From Promethearchaeota archaeon (lineage in GTDB: Archaea; Asgardarchaeota; Lokiarchaeia; Sigyniarchaeales; SOKP01): a DNA stretch of 62,811 nucleotides. Below are positions 40,011 through 50,836 of the stretch, in pieces. The stretch lies in NCBI GenBank assembly GCA_048940445.1, contig JBHLON010000020.1:1-62811 (forward strand). The letters are read 5' to 3'. Numbering within the stretch: the first letter of the stretch is position 1; each line of letters starts with the position of its first letter. Made by a program: the position numbers and the translations under genes. Under the pieces are notes generated by a model. It did not search any database. It saw only the letters and a program-made list of their open reading frames with translations, and was not told the origin of the DNA.

Positions 40011-40244
40011 TTTTTTTTATATTCTGATTTTTTTATTATATATTTAGTTAGTTTGTTAATCACACTGGCAAACTTATAAGATTCCTTCCATAAATATAGG
40101 AAAGGAATACATACTTTATGTAATTCTATATATGAATTATGTGTTTGACTCTAGTAAATGTTCATTCCCCTTTTTAAATACAAATTTCTTAATTAAATAT
40201 GAAAAGCGAAATTTAACTTTTCCATATTTTTCCAAAAAGTTTTG

Positions 40245-40292
40245 ATTGGAGAGAGTATAATAAAAAATTATACTCTTTCTAATTTTTGTTTT
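40245..40292 (+). terminator. 17-bp hairpin (two G-U pairs, 5-A loop) followed by a U-rich tract; terminator or part of a structured RNA
   Basis: ATTGGAGAGAGTATAAT-AAAAA-ATTATACTCTTTCTAAT, then TTTTGTTTT. Confidence 0.5.
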
Positions 40293-40571
40293 TCGTAAGT
40301 TTTACAGGATTTATTTATAAGTTTCCCAAAATCATATTCTACCGAGTATGAAAACTAATACATATTTTATGTAGTCCTATTGGAGAAATAAGTATTTGAT
40401 TCCAATAGACGATCATCTCTTCTTTTATAGTAAATACAATAAAATATGATTAATGGAAAAACAATGGGAAAATACTCCCGAGTCCTAATCTACTACGAGT
40501 TATGATTGGTTAATAAAAAATAGGAGGGAATAATAATAAAAAGAAAGGATATTTTTAGAACTTTTGAAGAA

Positions 40572-40754
40572 ATGTGTTTAGAGAAATTAGCAGAAATTGG
40601 TATAGCTTCTGCCGAAGAATGGGCTTCCGCTATGGGGTATGAATATCGAGCTTCTTTGAATAAGGTTATTAGAAGAATAAAAGAGAAATATCCCAATAAA
40701 ATTAGGATATATTATGAAAAAAAACCGAGAAAATATGAAGCTTTAATCAAATAA
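40572..40754 (+). CDS. Small HTH-like protein
   Basis: SAEEWASAMGY...SLNKVIRRI; the frame is open upstream to an AGGAGG near 40522, so the start may be non-ATG. Confidence 0.6.
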   Translation: MCLEKLAEIGIASAEEWASAMGYEYRASLNKVIRRIKEKYPNKIRIYYEKKPRKYEALIK

Positions 40755-40755
40755 T

Positions 40756-41610
40756 CTAATTTTTCTTTAACTTTTTATATAACTCTAAATTTTTAATGAT
40801 AGATTCTACTTTTGAGAACACTCCCATCGTTAGACTTAATTCTTTTTTTGTTATTATGGCTCTTTCAAAAATGTTCTTAATTGCAAAGAGTACATTTTCT
40901 TTTTTATGGGTTCTAATTTTTAATTTTTCTATTAAATTTTCGATAATAGAATAAAGCATTAAACGATCGTCCTTATCTGCTAATATAACTGGATTGCTTC
41001 CCCTGCCTAAAGTAATTGAATTAATCTTTTTAAAAATCTCATAAAGGATAATCCCACATGCATGAGAAAGATTTAAAGAGGGATATGCATTTCCTGTTGG
41101 AATCCGTAGTAATATATCAGCAAGTTCTATTTCTTCGTTTGTTAATCCTCTTGATTCTTTCCCAAATACTACTGCAATTTTAAGAGGTTTTAAGGATATA
41201 GGGAGTTCTAAATCTTGTGGAAAAATAGGCATCCTTCTTATATTTCGATAATTCTTTCCTTTTGATGTAGTAGCAATAACTAAATCAAACTGTTTCAGTA
41301 AAGTTTTCAGCCTTGAAAAATGATCTACTTGGTTTTCAAGAGAAATAAGATTAGCATTAAGCAGGATATCTTTTCCGTGCATTGCAAAACCTTGAGTTTC
41401 ATAACTAAAAATAGTCTTTTCATCTTCGAGGGGATTAAAGATAATTAAATTACAAAAATTAAAATTTTTCATCAATCGAGCAACTGATCCAATATTTCCA
41501 GCGCTTTCGGGTTGAATTAGTATTACTGTAACGCTAAGATTATCATATTGCTCATAAATTTGTGTTTCTTGAAAGGAACTGATTGCTCTTTTTAAGTTTT
41601 TCTTATTCAA
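40756..41610 (-). CDS. SPOUT RNA methyltransferase (TrmJ/LasT family)
   Basis: PESAGNIGSVARLMKNF, VFGKESRGLTNEE and YPSLNLSHA motifs. Confidence 0.92.
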   Translation of the reverse strand: MNKKNLKRAISSFQETQIYEQYDNLSVTVILIQPESAGNIGSVARLMKNFNFCNLIIFNPLEDEKTIFSYETQGFAMHGKDILLNANLISLENQVDHFSRLKTLLKQFDLVIATTSKGKNYRNIRRMPIFPQDLELPISLKPLKIAVVFGKESRGLTNEEIELADILLRIPTGNAYPSLNLSHACGIILYEIFKKINSITLGRGSNPVILADKDDRLMLYSIIENLIEKLKIRTHKKENVLFAIKNIFERAIITKKELSLTMGVFSKVESIIKNLELYKKLKKN

Positions 41611-42077
41611 AGGAATCTTAACTCCTTGTTATTTATATAAATAACTGAAGTAGTACTATATAAAAAAATTAATAATTTTTTATTTTAGATCTTAATTTTT
41701 CTTCTTTTCTAAGTTTAATTTTTCAAGTTTTATCAATTTATATTTTTCCTTAGTAATCGGAAATCGATAATTGGATGATCTATTGCTAGTGAAAGCTAAT
41801 ATTGTTAAATAAATGTAAAAATTCATAATCCAAATACATTCTCAAGTAGTCATAAGAGTGAAGATCTCCCTCCAATGCTTCAAGGTATCAGTCTCGAGGG
41901 TATATCTAAAAAATTCTTGTTTATATCCTATAATTTCATTCTTTCTTATTGAAATTAAGATGCAATATATAAATATTTGAAAGATTTTTATTATTTATAT
42001 ACAAAAATACATCTGGAAGTATTAAAGATAGTAACTATTAAAAGGTTCATTCAATATTCAACTTTGATTCTATTAGG

Positions 42078-42680
42078 TTGATTAAAATGCTAAGTCCTGA
42101 GAAGATAGTCAAAAATTTGGAATTTATTAATATAAGTAATGATGAATTCACTATATTTGAATGGAAACCTCCAAGATCTTTTAAAAGCTTTGCTTTAGAT
42201 TTAAATATTCTAAAACAAAATCCCTCTAGTGGCATATTTTTTCATCTACATAAAGGAAATATGAAAATTGCCTATATAAGAATGGATAGTCTTATTTACT
42301 CTGCAGGTTCGGATACAGATATCCAATTTCAATTATTAGAAGCATTAATTGAGGAAATCGCAAAAAGATTTCTTGAAAGATATGATATAGATTCTTATTT
42401 ATCATATGGTAAATTTTCATCTAATTTATTTGATGATTTCAAACCATTAGTTAAAGATATTATAAGAACTTTTAAGTCTCTTGATCTTGTAAAAGAAATT
42501 AAAGTACCATGTACGGTTTGTGATAAAATATTGCCTTTGATTATAAAGAAAAGCTTTATCGAAAAAGCAGATTCTTATCCCGTTCCCATCGTATATAATC
42601 ATTTAGGGCATTCAATACTTTGCTTTATTGATATAAACTATAACGTGCGTGGAGTAGAATTAGTTAATGTAACCGGTTAA
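42078..42680 (+). CDS. Longin-like domain protein with a C-terminal Zn-binding-like domain
   Basis: Strands then LLEALIEEIAKRFLERY helix; CTVC..H..H..FID..VRG tail. Confidence 0.6.
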   Translation: MIKMLSPEKIVKNLEFINISNDEFTIFEWKPPRSFKSFALDLNILKQNPSSGIFFHLHKGNMKIAYIRMDSLIYSAGSDTDIQFQLLEALIEEIAKRFLERYDIDSYLSYGKFSSNLFDDFKPLVKDIIRTFKSLDLVKEIKVPCTVCDKILPLIIKKSFIEKADSYPVPIVYNHLGHSILCFIDINYNVRGVELVNVTG

Positions 42681-42702
42681 TTTTATTGAAATCCTACTAT
42701 AT

Positions 42703-43773
42703 ATGCAAATGAATTTTATGACAGAAAATAATAATCAGGAAAATGAGAACATTTTTGAAGATATCATTAAAAAAACTAAAACTGGAATAACCTTTCCAAA
42801 AGAATTAAGAGAGACATTATTTAAAGAGGAAAAAGACATTTATTTTCGGATTATTGTCCCAAGTGAGAAGGATAAGATCATATTAGAAATTTTAGATGAA
42901 AATGAAACTAAATCAGAAACAGAAAAATTAAAAGAAAAAAAGCCCAAAGTAAACATAGAAAAATTAAAAGAAACACCGGGAAAAGAGATAAGTTATGGCC
43001 CCAATTGGAGTGATTATTTTGTGTACGAATTTAAAAATATGGAAAAAGTTAAACCTATTTTAGAAACAGCCTTCTATAAGTTTGCAGAAAAACCAATTAA
43101 CTTAGAAGATGCTATGGGGAGAGTCAAATATGCACTGGTATCTTTTTTAACATCTACTAAGACTGAGAATGCTAAATTATATTATTCAGTGATTAGGTTT
43201 CTTTTAGATATTGTTGAAAAATTTGATCAAGTAAATTTATTGGACTGGATTTTTGAAAAAGTAATCCCAAATATTGAGAGTAAATTTCTTTATGAACTAG
43301 CCCTTTTAGATATTATTGAAGTTTCACTTAAAGCAAAACGATGGGAAAAGGCAGAGCTCTATATTTTTTACGTATTAAAGAATATAGACGAATATCCGAG
43401 TTCTGAAATGTATAATATTATGAATAGTTTTAAGCAATTAGTTAAAAAAATAAAAAATGTGGAGCGAAGTAATAAAATTGATATATTGCTTAAGGAAAAA
43501 TTAATGGAATATTCTAATAATATTATAAAGGAGGATGTAGATTATAAGATTCAATTAATTGAATTTCTTGAGGATTTACAATATATTGAACTTGCATATA
43601 AACTAGCAAAAGATCTTAAAGATAGTCTACCACCTGAAAGTGTTAGAAATGAAGAAATTCGAAAAATTGTAAAGAGATTATATACTGCTCCTATTGCTGA
43701 AAATAAACCAGAATCGAGCCTAGATTTTAGTGAAATTGATGAAGAAAAGGATGACATAAACGAAAAATCATGA
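42703..43773 (+). CDS. AbrB-like N-terminal domain plus alpha-solenoid (TPR-like) protein
   Basis: GITFPKELRETL..YFRI..IILEIL AbrB pattern; helical remainder. Confidence 0.6.
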   Translation: MQMNFMTENNNQENENIFEDIIKKTKTGITFPKELRETLFKEEKDIYFRIIVPSEKDKIILEILDENETKSETEKLKEKKPKVNIEKLKETPGKEISYGPNWSDYFVYEFKNMEKVKPILETAFYKFAEKPINLEDAMGRVKYALVSFLTSTKTENAKLYYSVIRFLLDIVEKFDQVNLLDWIFEKVIPNIESKFLYELALLDIIEVSLKAKRWEKAELYIFYVLKNIDEYPSSEMYNIMNSFKQLVKKIKNVERSNKIDILLKEKLMEYSNNIIKEDVDYKIQLIEFLEDLQYIELAYKLAKDLKDSLPPESVRNEEIRKIVKRLYTAPIAENKPESSLDFSEIDEEKDDINEKS

Positions 43774-45015
43774 TTTAGAATTCTCTTTTTCTTGTTTTTC
43801 TTCTAGATCTTTAATACGTTTTTCCATTCTTTTAAGTTCATCTTCAACAATTTTTTGCTTTTGTTCTTCAATTTTTTTTTGCTGTAATTCTAATTGTACT
43901 TCAGAAAGTTGATTTTCTTTTTGAATTAATTCTTCTCTACGCTTAAGCATTTCTTCTTTTTTTAATATTTCAAGTTCTTCAATCTGTTTTTCTTTTGAAT
44001 CTAATTCTAATTTTTTCTTTTTTAATTCTAATTCTTTCTGCTTCAGTTCAATTTCTTTACCCAAAATTTCTGATTCTTCTTTTTGAATTTTCTTTTTAAT
44101 TTTCTTTGGTATATCACTTAATTCTTTTTCAGATCGTAATAATTTTTCTTTATCAATTATTTCTTCCTTCAATTTTAAAGCTTGGTCTTTTTCTACCATG
44201 ATTTTTTCTTCTAATTCTTTTTCTCTCTGTTCTAATTCTAACTTTTTCTTTTTTAATTCAAGTTCTTTCTTTTTTAATTCAAGTTCTCTATCAAATATTT
44301 CAGTTTCCTCCTCTTCTAATTTTTGTTTCTCTGATACTTCTTTACCTTCATCTTCAACGATCTCTTCAATTTTCTCAATAGATACAATAGATTTTAAAAT
44401 ATTGTCCACTGAAGCTTTAATCTTTTCATCTTCGGGATTTTGTTTAGCATAATTTTTAATAACTTTAGTCACTAAAGAAGGATTATTTTTTCCTATAGCT
44501 TTTAAAGCCTGAATTGATTTTTCAACAACAAAATCTTTTTGATCAGATAACTTCTCAGCAATTTTATTTATTAAAGATTCATTCTCAATAGGAGTATCTC
44601 CTCCCGCCATAAAAATCAATAATTGTAAGTCTGCTTCGCGAACATTTGGATCCTCAGAATCTAATAAATCTTCACTAAAAGGAAAAAATAGATCTTGCTC
44701 ATTTTCACATATTGATTTAAGTAAAAGTAAGAAAGAATAGCGAAGAACAGAATCTCTTTTCGATAAATTTTCTAGCAAAGAAGGAATATCAATAATTAAT
44801 TGCTCTATCAAAAATCTTAATACCGTGCGTCCTCCATGCAAAGTAAGAAGAGTTTCTATGATGTCTTCAAGTCGATCGAGGTAGTTCTCATCAGTAGAGT
44901 CCCCTAAATAAAGAGCAATTATTTTTGATGCATCATCAAATCTTTCATCTTTTATAAAATCTTTAATTTTTATAATTTCTGGATTTTCTTGTTCTTTTTC
45001 ACTCACTATATTCAC
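43768..45015 (-). CDS. HEAT-repeat protein with a long E/K-rich coiled-coil tail
   Basis: LLDSEDPNVRE and LSDQKDFVVEKSIQALKAIG repeats; duplicated ELELKKKKLEL. Confidence 0.8.
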   Translation of the reverse strand: MNIVSEKEQENPEIIKIKDFIKDERFDDASKIIALYLGDSTDENYLDRLEDIIETLLTLHGGRTVLRFLIEQLIIDIPSLLENLSKRDSVLRYSFLLLLKSICENEQDLFFPFSEDLLDSEDPNVREADLQLLIFMAGGDTPIENESLINKIAEKLSDQKDFVVEKSIQALKAIGKNNPSLVTKVIKNYAKQNPEDEKIKASVDNILKSIVSIEKIEEIVEDEGKEVSEKQKLEEEETEIFDRELELKKKELELKKKKLELEQREKELEEKIMVEKDQALKLKEEIIDKEKLLRSEKELSDIPKKIKKKIQKEESEILGKEIELKQKELELKKKKLELDSKEKQIEELEILKKEEMLKRREELIQKENQLSEVQLELQQKKIEEQKQKIVEDELKRMEKRIKDLEEKQEKENSKS

Positions 45016-45035
45016 CCTTTATAGTCATATATACG

Positions 45036-45968
45036 TTATACCCATAATATATAAAAATCATTATATAACCGGAAAATAATATTAAAAATAAGTCTTAAAT
45101 CTCTATATCTTACACTTAAATGTTGAATTCCTATACATAATTTAATCGCAAGATTCTCACGGTTATCGAAATACAAATGAATCTCTTCACAAAATTGACT
45201 TAAAGCATCTAAATCACTTGGAAAAGTATTCCATAAATAGAAGGCTTTTTTATTATCCTCGTTTTCAGGTGGATTATCTCCAACTTCTGTGAGTATTTCT
45301 TTAGGAATTATATTAATTACGTCAACATGGTTATTTGGATTAATTCTTACCTTAACTTCGGGAAAAAAAATTTTTGAATAAAGATCAATTAAACATTTTA
45401 ATAATTCAAGATTTTCTATTTCTTCCCTACTAGCATTACAAAGCACATAGCCATTACCAACAAAAATGATATGTATTTTATCATCAAATTTAAAGACCAT
45501 GAAATTCTCATTTTTTGAGATCAAATATTGAAAATCTTCATCACGGTTGTCGATTCGATCATTAAATATTTTTACTGATTCTTTAAAATCTTTTTTAGAA
45601 ATGAATTTATTTAATTTTCTGTAATCTCCATGGAAAAAAACATCTAAAAAATCTATTAAGTATAAATAAGAATCTAGAGGTCTATATACAACCGTCTTAT
45701 TTCGAAAATCGCGTAAAACTATATTTTTATGGACACTATAACAAAATTTGGGCTGATCTTCTATTGTTAAACTACTTAATATTCTTAATTTTAGTAGAAA
45801 TCTACGAGAACATAATGGAGATAAGGTGCATAATATACGATCTACTTGACACTCTTCAAAACAAAGTCTATTTATTCTTTTATTAAGTAAATCTAATAAC
45901 TCAAATTTATTTTTCGTTTCTGACTCATGCTCCAAAAATCTATCAATATGTTCTGGTTGCAGTGGCAT
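45036..45968 (-). CDS. Hypothetical protein with an N-terminal Cys cluster
   Basis: CFEEC..C..C..C; no family recognised. Confidence 0.75.
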   Translation of the reverse strand: MPLQPEHIDRFLEHESETKNKFELLDLLNKRINRLCFEECQVDRILCTLSPLCSRRFLLKLRILSSLTIEDQPKFCYSVHKNIVLRDFRNKTVVYRPLDSYLYLIDFLDVFFHGDYRKLNKFISKKDFKESVKIFNDRIDNRDEDFQYLISKNENFMVFKFDDKIHIIFVGNGYVLCNASREEIENLELLKCLIDLYSKIFFPEVKVRINPNNHVDVINIIPKEILTEVGDNPPENEDNKKAFYLWNTFPSDLDALSQFCEEIHLYFDNRENLAIKLCIGIQHLSVRYRDLRLIFNIIFRLYNDFYILWV

Positions 45969-46169
45969 GATTTATAATAGTTACATCAGTTTATATTCAA
46001 TTTAAGTATCATATTACATATAATCTAAAATTTGTCATAATATTTAATTGGATTAATAGAAATATCAAAATTAAAAGTAATGATATTAAATATAAAATAT
46101 ATTAATAAGAAATTTTTATATGTTTATTAAGAATTAAAGAACGGTTCTTAAAGAGATAGATTAATAAGA

Positions 46170-47630
46170 ATGTTAAGACAACTTCACGTTTTTCACAAAG
46201 GAGTGCAAATATTTAACTTCACATATGCAATGGCTCTTGGAGATGAAGAATTAGAAAATGTAAAAAAGACTATCAAGTCATATTTGGAAATGCCTATACC
46301 TGGGAAGACATTTCAGAAGCCATTAGGAGAATATCAAATCTTCCATAGAGGAGATGGAGCAGTGCTGTTCCTAGTTGTTACTGATTTATTAGATACTCGT
46401 GAACAAATAGATGGAATAATTGGTAAAATAATTAATAAATATAAAGAAATCTATCCCGATCCTCTCTTAATTAAAAAACAAGATTCAGCTTTATTTGAAT
46501 TTAAAACATTTCTTCACGAAATTCAATATGATCTGCACTCTAAAATAAGTATAATCGGCCCTATGTCGGCAGGTAAAACTAGCTTATACACACTTTTAAA
46601 AACTGGTGAAGAAAAAGATATCGTAAATTTTGCGAAATCCTCCATTTTTGAAATTGATCATTTGAAATTTGATCTTTGGGACTTTCAATTAAAAGATAAT
46701 TTTTCATTACTATGGACTAAGTTTATAAGTGGAGCAGATTTAGTTTTACTTTTATTTGATTTATCTAATTATCATTTGAGAGTAATAAATCATTTTTTGG
46801 GCTTATATCGAAAAGAAGCTAATCTATCAAAATTAGTAATCGTTGGTAACAAACGAGACTTAGTTAAAGAAGAAGATCTTAAAATAATAAAGAATGAACT
46901 TAACCTTCCTGAATTTAAAGAGATTTCTCTAACAAACCCGGATGCAAAAAAAGAAATGTTGCATATCATATCCGTAGTACTCAAGTTAAAAGTATCACTT
47001 CCATCAAATTTTGAAGGCTTAAAGAAGGAAGCAGAAAGACTTAAAAATCAAGGGAATTTGATTCTAGCTATTTCGAAATATAAAGAACTAATTAATATTT
47101 GTAATAATTATCAAGATTTTACATATATAGCTTCATTTAAACAAACTTTAGAAGTTCTTCAGAACACAGTAGAAGAAGAAAAAAGATTAAGACGAGAGAT
47201 TGAAAGTAAAAAGAGATTTGAAGTTCCTGGTCAAATTAAATTTAGAGATAAAATAAAAGTACAACCTTTACCCGAAAATAAAACGAAACTTCTATCAGAA
47301 GTCCCCAAATTTCCTGAAACGAAAAGAGAACCTGAGGAATTAAAAACTAAAGGAGATAAGATTGGAAAATTAACTTTATTTAAATCTTCTAAGGATCAAA
47401 TAATAGAAAAAGATTCTTTAGAGCCAAAAACTACATTGCAACAAACTACAGAAACCAGTACTCAATTTCCAAAACAATTACAAACTATGATTGAGAATAA
47501 AGGAAGTAGTTTAAGTTTAAAATTATGTGAACATTTAATTAACGAATTAGAGACTACCTTAGGAAGACCACTAACCGTTGAAGATATTGAAACTGCAGCT
47601 AATATTTTTATTAAACAAGAGAATCTATAA
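46170..47630 (+). CDS. Longin-like domain fused to a Ras-superfamily (Arf/Rab-like) small GTPase plus helical extension
   Basis: G1 GPMSAGKTS, degenerate G3 WDFQ, G4 NKRD, G5 EIS. Confidence 0.82.
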   Translation: MLRQLHVFHKGVQIFNFTYAMALGDEELENVKKTIKSYLEMPIPGKTFQKPLGEYQIFHRGDGAVLFLVVTDLLDTREQIDGIIGKIINKYKEIYPDPLLIKKQDSALFEFKTFLHEIQYDLHSKISIIGPMSAGKTSLYTLLKTGEEKDIVNFAKSSIFEIDHLKFDLWDFQLKDNFSLLWTKFISGADLVLLLFDLSNYHLRVINHFLGLYRKEANLSKLVIVGNKRDLVKEEDLKIIKNELNLPEFKEISLTNPDAKKEMLHIISVVLKLKVSLPSNFEGLKKEAERLKNQGNLILAISKYKELINICNNYQDFTYIASFKQTLEVLQNTVEEEKRLRREIESKKRFEVPGQIKFRDKIKVQPLPENKTKLLSEVPKFPETKREPEELKTKGDKIGKLTLFKSSKDQIIEKDSLEPKTTLQQTTETSTQFPKQLQTMIENKGSSLSLKLCEHLINELETTLGRPLTVEDIETAANIFIKQENL

Positions 47631-47761
47631 TTATTTTAAATATTTTTTAGTTCACACTTAGTTCATAACTTACTTCTTTTAAAGTAATAATTCATTCAAA
47701 AAGGCAATAGTAAACTTTTCATCAAAATTTTAAAAAAGTAATAAAAAACTGAAGATCAAAA

Positions 47762-49255
47762 ATGGATGCAATGAAAGAGTTATGGGAACATTTTAATGAA
47801 ATAATGAGATTAAATTATATAAATGCTCTTTTGGGCTGGGATCAGCAAGTTAACATGCCAAAAGGGTCCGTTAAGGGGAGAGCTGAACAATCAGCACTTA
47901 TACAGAAATTAATTCATAATAGAATAAAGGCAGAGAAAACTGGAAAACTGATTAGAAATGCTGAAAAATTAAAGAATCTAAGTGAAACTGATTTAGCAAT
48001 GATAAGAGAAGCAAAAAGGGAGTACGAACATGCTACGCGAATACCAGATGAATTAATTATTGAAATTGCTAAAACTGCTTCATTTGGACACGTAGAATGG
48101 GAAAAAGCAAGAGAAAAAAGTGATTTTTCAATATTTAAACCTTATCTTGAAAAGATGATTAAATTGCAAATAGAATTCGCTGAAAAATTGGATACTGGAC
48201 CAACCTTATATTCTACTCTAATTGATTTATTTGAACCAGGTGCTACGTATGAATGGATTTCTAAAATTTTTAATAATCTTAAATCTAATTTAGTTAAAAT
48301 TGTAAGTAAATTAAATGAATCAACTGATAAACCCGATCAATCAATTCTTAAGAAGTATTATGATCCTGAAAAGCAATGGAAATTAAGTCTTAGTATTGTA
48401 AAAAAGTTAGGTTTTGACTTTAATACAGGAAGACAAGACAAGTCTACTCATCCTTTCACAACTTCCTTATCCTCGATCGATACTAGAATAACAACTAGGA
48501 TCATGGAAAACTTTCTCTCTCCATGTATTTTCTCAACTATTCATGAATGTGGTCATGCGCTTTATCAAATGGGATTTAAAGAAGAACTCCACGATACATT
48601 ATTAGCTGATGGCTGTTCATTAGGGATTCATGAAAGTCAATCAAGAATGTGGGAAAATATAGTTGGGAGGAGTAAAGAATTTTGGGTTTATTGGTATCCC
48701 CATTTCCAAGAAGCTTTTCCAGAAAATTTGAAAAATTATCCAATAGAAGATTTTTATAGGGCTATAAATATTGTTCAACCTTCATTTATAAGAGTCGAAG
48801 CAGATGAGGTCACTTATGCATTACATGTTATTTTAAGATTTGAATTAGAAAAAATGATTATTGAGGAAAATCTTCAAGCAAGTGAATTACCTGAATTATG
48901 GAATAATAAAATGGAGGAGTTATTGGGAATCGTCCCCTCAAATGACGCAGAAGGGGTTCTACAAGATGTTCATTGGTCAGGAGGTGGATTTGGATATTTT
49001 CCTACCTATGCATTAGGAAACTTATATGCTGCTCAAATATATAACGATGCATTGAAAAAATTACCCCAACTACCAGAAGATTATAAAAAAGGTGAATTTT
49101 CCACTCTTTTAAATTACTTAAAAGAAAATATACATCAATATGGAAAAATTTATAAAGCTTCTGAATTAATAAAAAAGGTTACGGGAGAAGATTTAAATTC
49201 TGATTATTTCATTAAATATATAAAAGAAAAATTCTATCCCATTTATGGGCTATAG
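47762..49255 (+). CDS. Carboxypeptidase M32 (Taq)
   Basis: HPF, HECGH, HESQS, IRVEADE, QDVHWS and GYFPTY motifs. Confidence 0.96.
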   Translation: MDAMKELWEHFNEIMRLNYINALLGWDQQVNMPKGSVKGRAEQSALIQKLIHNRIKAEKTGKLIRNAEKLKNLSETDLAMIREAKREYEHATRIPDELIIEIAKTASFGHVEWEKAREKSDFSIFKPYLEKMIKLQIEFAEKLDTGPTLYSTLIDLFEPGATYEWISKIFNNLKSNLVKIVSKLNESTDKPDQSILKKYYDPEKQWKLSLSIVKKLGFDFNTGRQDKSTHPFTTSLSSIDTRITTRIMENFLSPCIFSTIHECGHALYQMGFKEELHDTLLADGCSLGIHESQSRMWENIVGRSKEFWVYWYPHFQEAFPENLKNYPIEDFYRAINIVQPSFIRVEADEVTYALHVILRFELEKMIIEENLQASELPELWNNKMEELLGIVPSNDAEGVLQDVHWSGGGFGYFPTYALGNLYAAQIYNDALKKLPQLPEDYKKGEFSTLLNYLKENIHQYGKIYKASELIKKVTGEDLNSDYFIKYIKEKFYPIYGL

Positions 49256-49443
49256 ATTTCTTTAAAAATCATTTTTTTAATCATAATTGATTAAAAATAT
49301 TTTTTAAAAAAAATTTTGAAAAACTTAAAACTAAAAAAATTTAATAAAATACCTTTTGCTTTAACATTAAATCAGCTTCTAAATGTTAAAGAGGATTTTA
49401 AATAAAAAATTCATTCTTTTTAGAAGATATTTTCTATTTGTTT

Positions 49444-50583
49444 CTAATTTCTCAATCTTGGTGGAGGAACATATACTTTCCTCATTCCTTCTTTGAGTGA
49501 AATAGCATTCTCTGGACAAAAGTATGCACATATTCCACAGCCTATACACCATTCAGAATTCACATTTGAATTTTTATCTATTAATGTTATTGCTTCTACA
49601 GGACATTTTTCCACACAAGTTCCACATCCAATACAATCTTCTTCACTAATAACGGCTAAATAGTGGGCATAATTGATCATTGCTATCATTCCAGTTTTCC
49701 ACCACTCAAAAGTACCACAGCAATCTTTACAACAATTACAAATACTTGTTTCTTCTTTAGTTATATCAGAATGAGGGTGAAACGCTTTATGAACTAATCC
49801 AGATTCCTCACTTTTCTTTAAAATATCTAAAGCCTCTTCTTTAGTTATCATTCTTGCAAAGCCTTGTTCAGTAGTATATCGAGCAGATTTTCCAAACGTG
49901 AAACAATTTTCTCTTAACTCAGTCTGTTTACATGATTCACCCAATAAGTCTTTGTGATGTCTGCAAAAGCAGTGTCCGACGGCAATTTCATCAAATTTGT
50001 CTATTAAAATCTCTACTTCTTTTGATAATAAAACATTTTCATTTGGGACTTTGATTTCCTCATCAATCATAATGTTAATTTCTCGATCAATGGCAGTTTT
50101 ACTTCTAACAGGAATGGTTCTATCATAAGGTAGCATGTTCTCAAATAATGGCACAATGGAATCATAACCATTTTGAACAAAATCCCTTAACTCCTCAAAT
50201 AATTTAGTAAATAACTTAGCTAATTTTATTTCTTCAGGAGTATGTTCGATTTCTTTCATATAAATATATTCAAACAAACCAACCATTACTAAGGGCATTA
50301 ATCTGTAGATCATTAATCCTTTTGAATCTGGTTGATTGAAGATTAACCCTACTTTAGCTAAATTTTCTACATGATATTTAATTTCTTGTTCAGTCATCTT
50401 ACTAGCTTGCTTTAGTTGCGTCGTCGTCATTGATTTTTTTCTTTTAAAGGCCATAATAAAATCTAGGTCTTCTTCTTCAATTACCATTTTTAGAATGCTA
50501 ATTAAGGTTTCATTTATTGGAAAGGGAAAAGCGCCAGCTTTTACTATAACACGTGCTGCTTTACGATATTTTTCATCGGACAT
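49444..50583 (-). CDS. 4Fe-4S ferredoxin-domain protein with an N-terminal wHTH-like region
   Basis: CFCR, ICNCCKDCC, CIGCGTCVEKCP and CIGCGICAYFCP motifs. Confidence 0.88.
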   Translation of the reverse strand: MSDEKYRKAARVIVKAGAFPFPINETLISILKMVIEEEDLDFIMAFKRKKSMTTTQLKQASKMTEQEIKYHVENLAKVGLIFNQPDSKGLMIYRLMPLVMVGLFEYIYMKEIEHTPEEIKLAKLFTKLFEELRDFVQNGYDSIVPLFENMLPYDRTIPVRSKTAIDREINIMIDEEIKVPNENVLLSKEVEILIDKFDEIAVGHCFCRHHKDLLGESCKQTELRENCFTFGKSARYTTEQGFARMITKEEALDILKKSEESGLVHKAFHPHSDITKEETSICNCCKDCCGTFEWWKTGMIAMINYAHYLAVISEEDCIGCGTCVEKCPVEAITLIDKNSNVNSEWCIGCGICAYFCPENAISLKEGMRKVYVPPPRLRN

Positions 50584-50836
50584 TTTTGTGATTTTTTCTA
50601 TAATTAGGAAAATGATTATTGCATTAAATTTAATATGAAAATTGATTTAAATTTTTAATCTTTTGCCTAATACCACATAAGAAATACAAGATATTAATCA
50701 CGTAGAATAGAATATATTATGATAATTGTTGGTTAATAGGAATCTTAAAAATCATTCTAAATATAAAATAAACAATATTAAATTAACGTTTTTAATTAAG
50801 TTAGTTATTAGATTTTATCCTTTTGGTTAGTAAAAT

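Noticed and set aside
41660-41960. Minus-strand frames broken by TGA (..MTT*EC.. and ..RD*YLEALEGD..), possible selenoprotein
   Set aside because: No clear start, no recognisable selenoprotein family and no SECIS that I could support; more likely a decayed remnant or non-coding DNA.
43950-44300. DNA-level repeats inside the HEAT/coiled-coil gene
   Set aside because: Explained by a duplicated E/K-rich coiled-coil coding segment.
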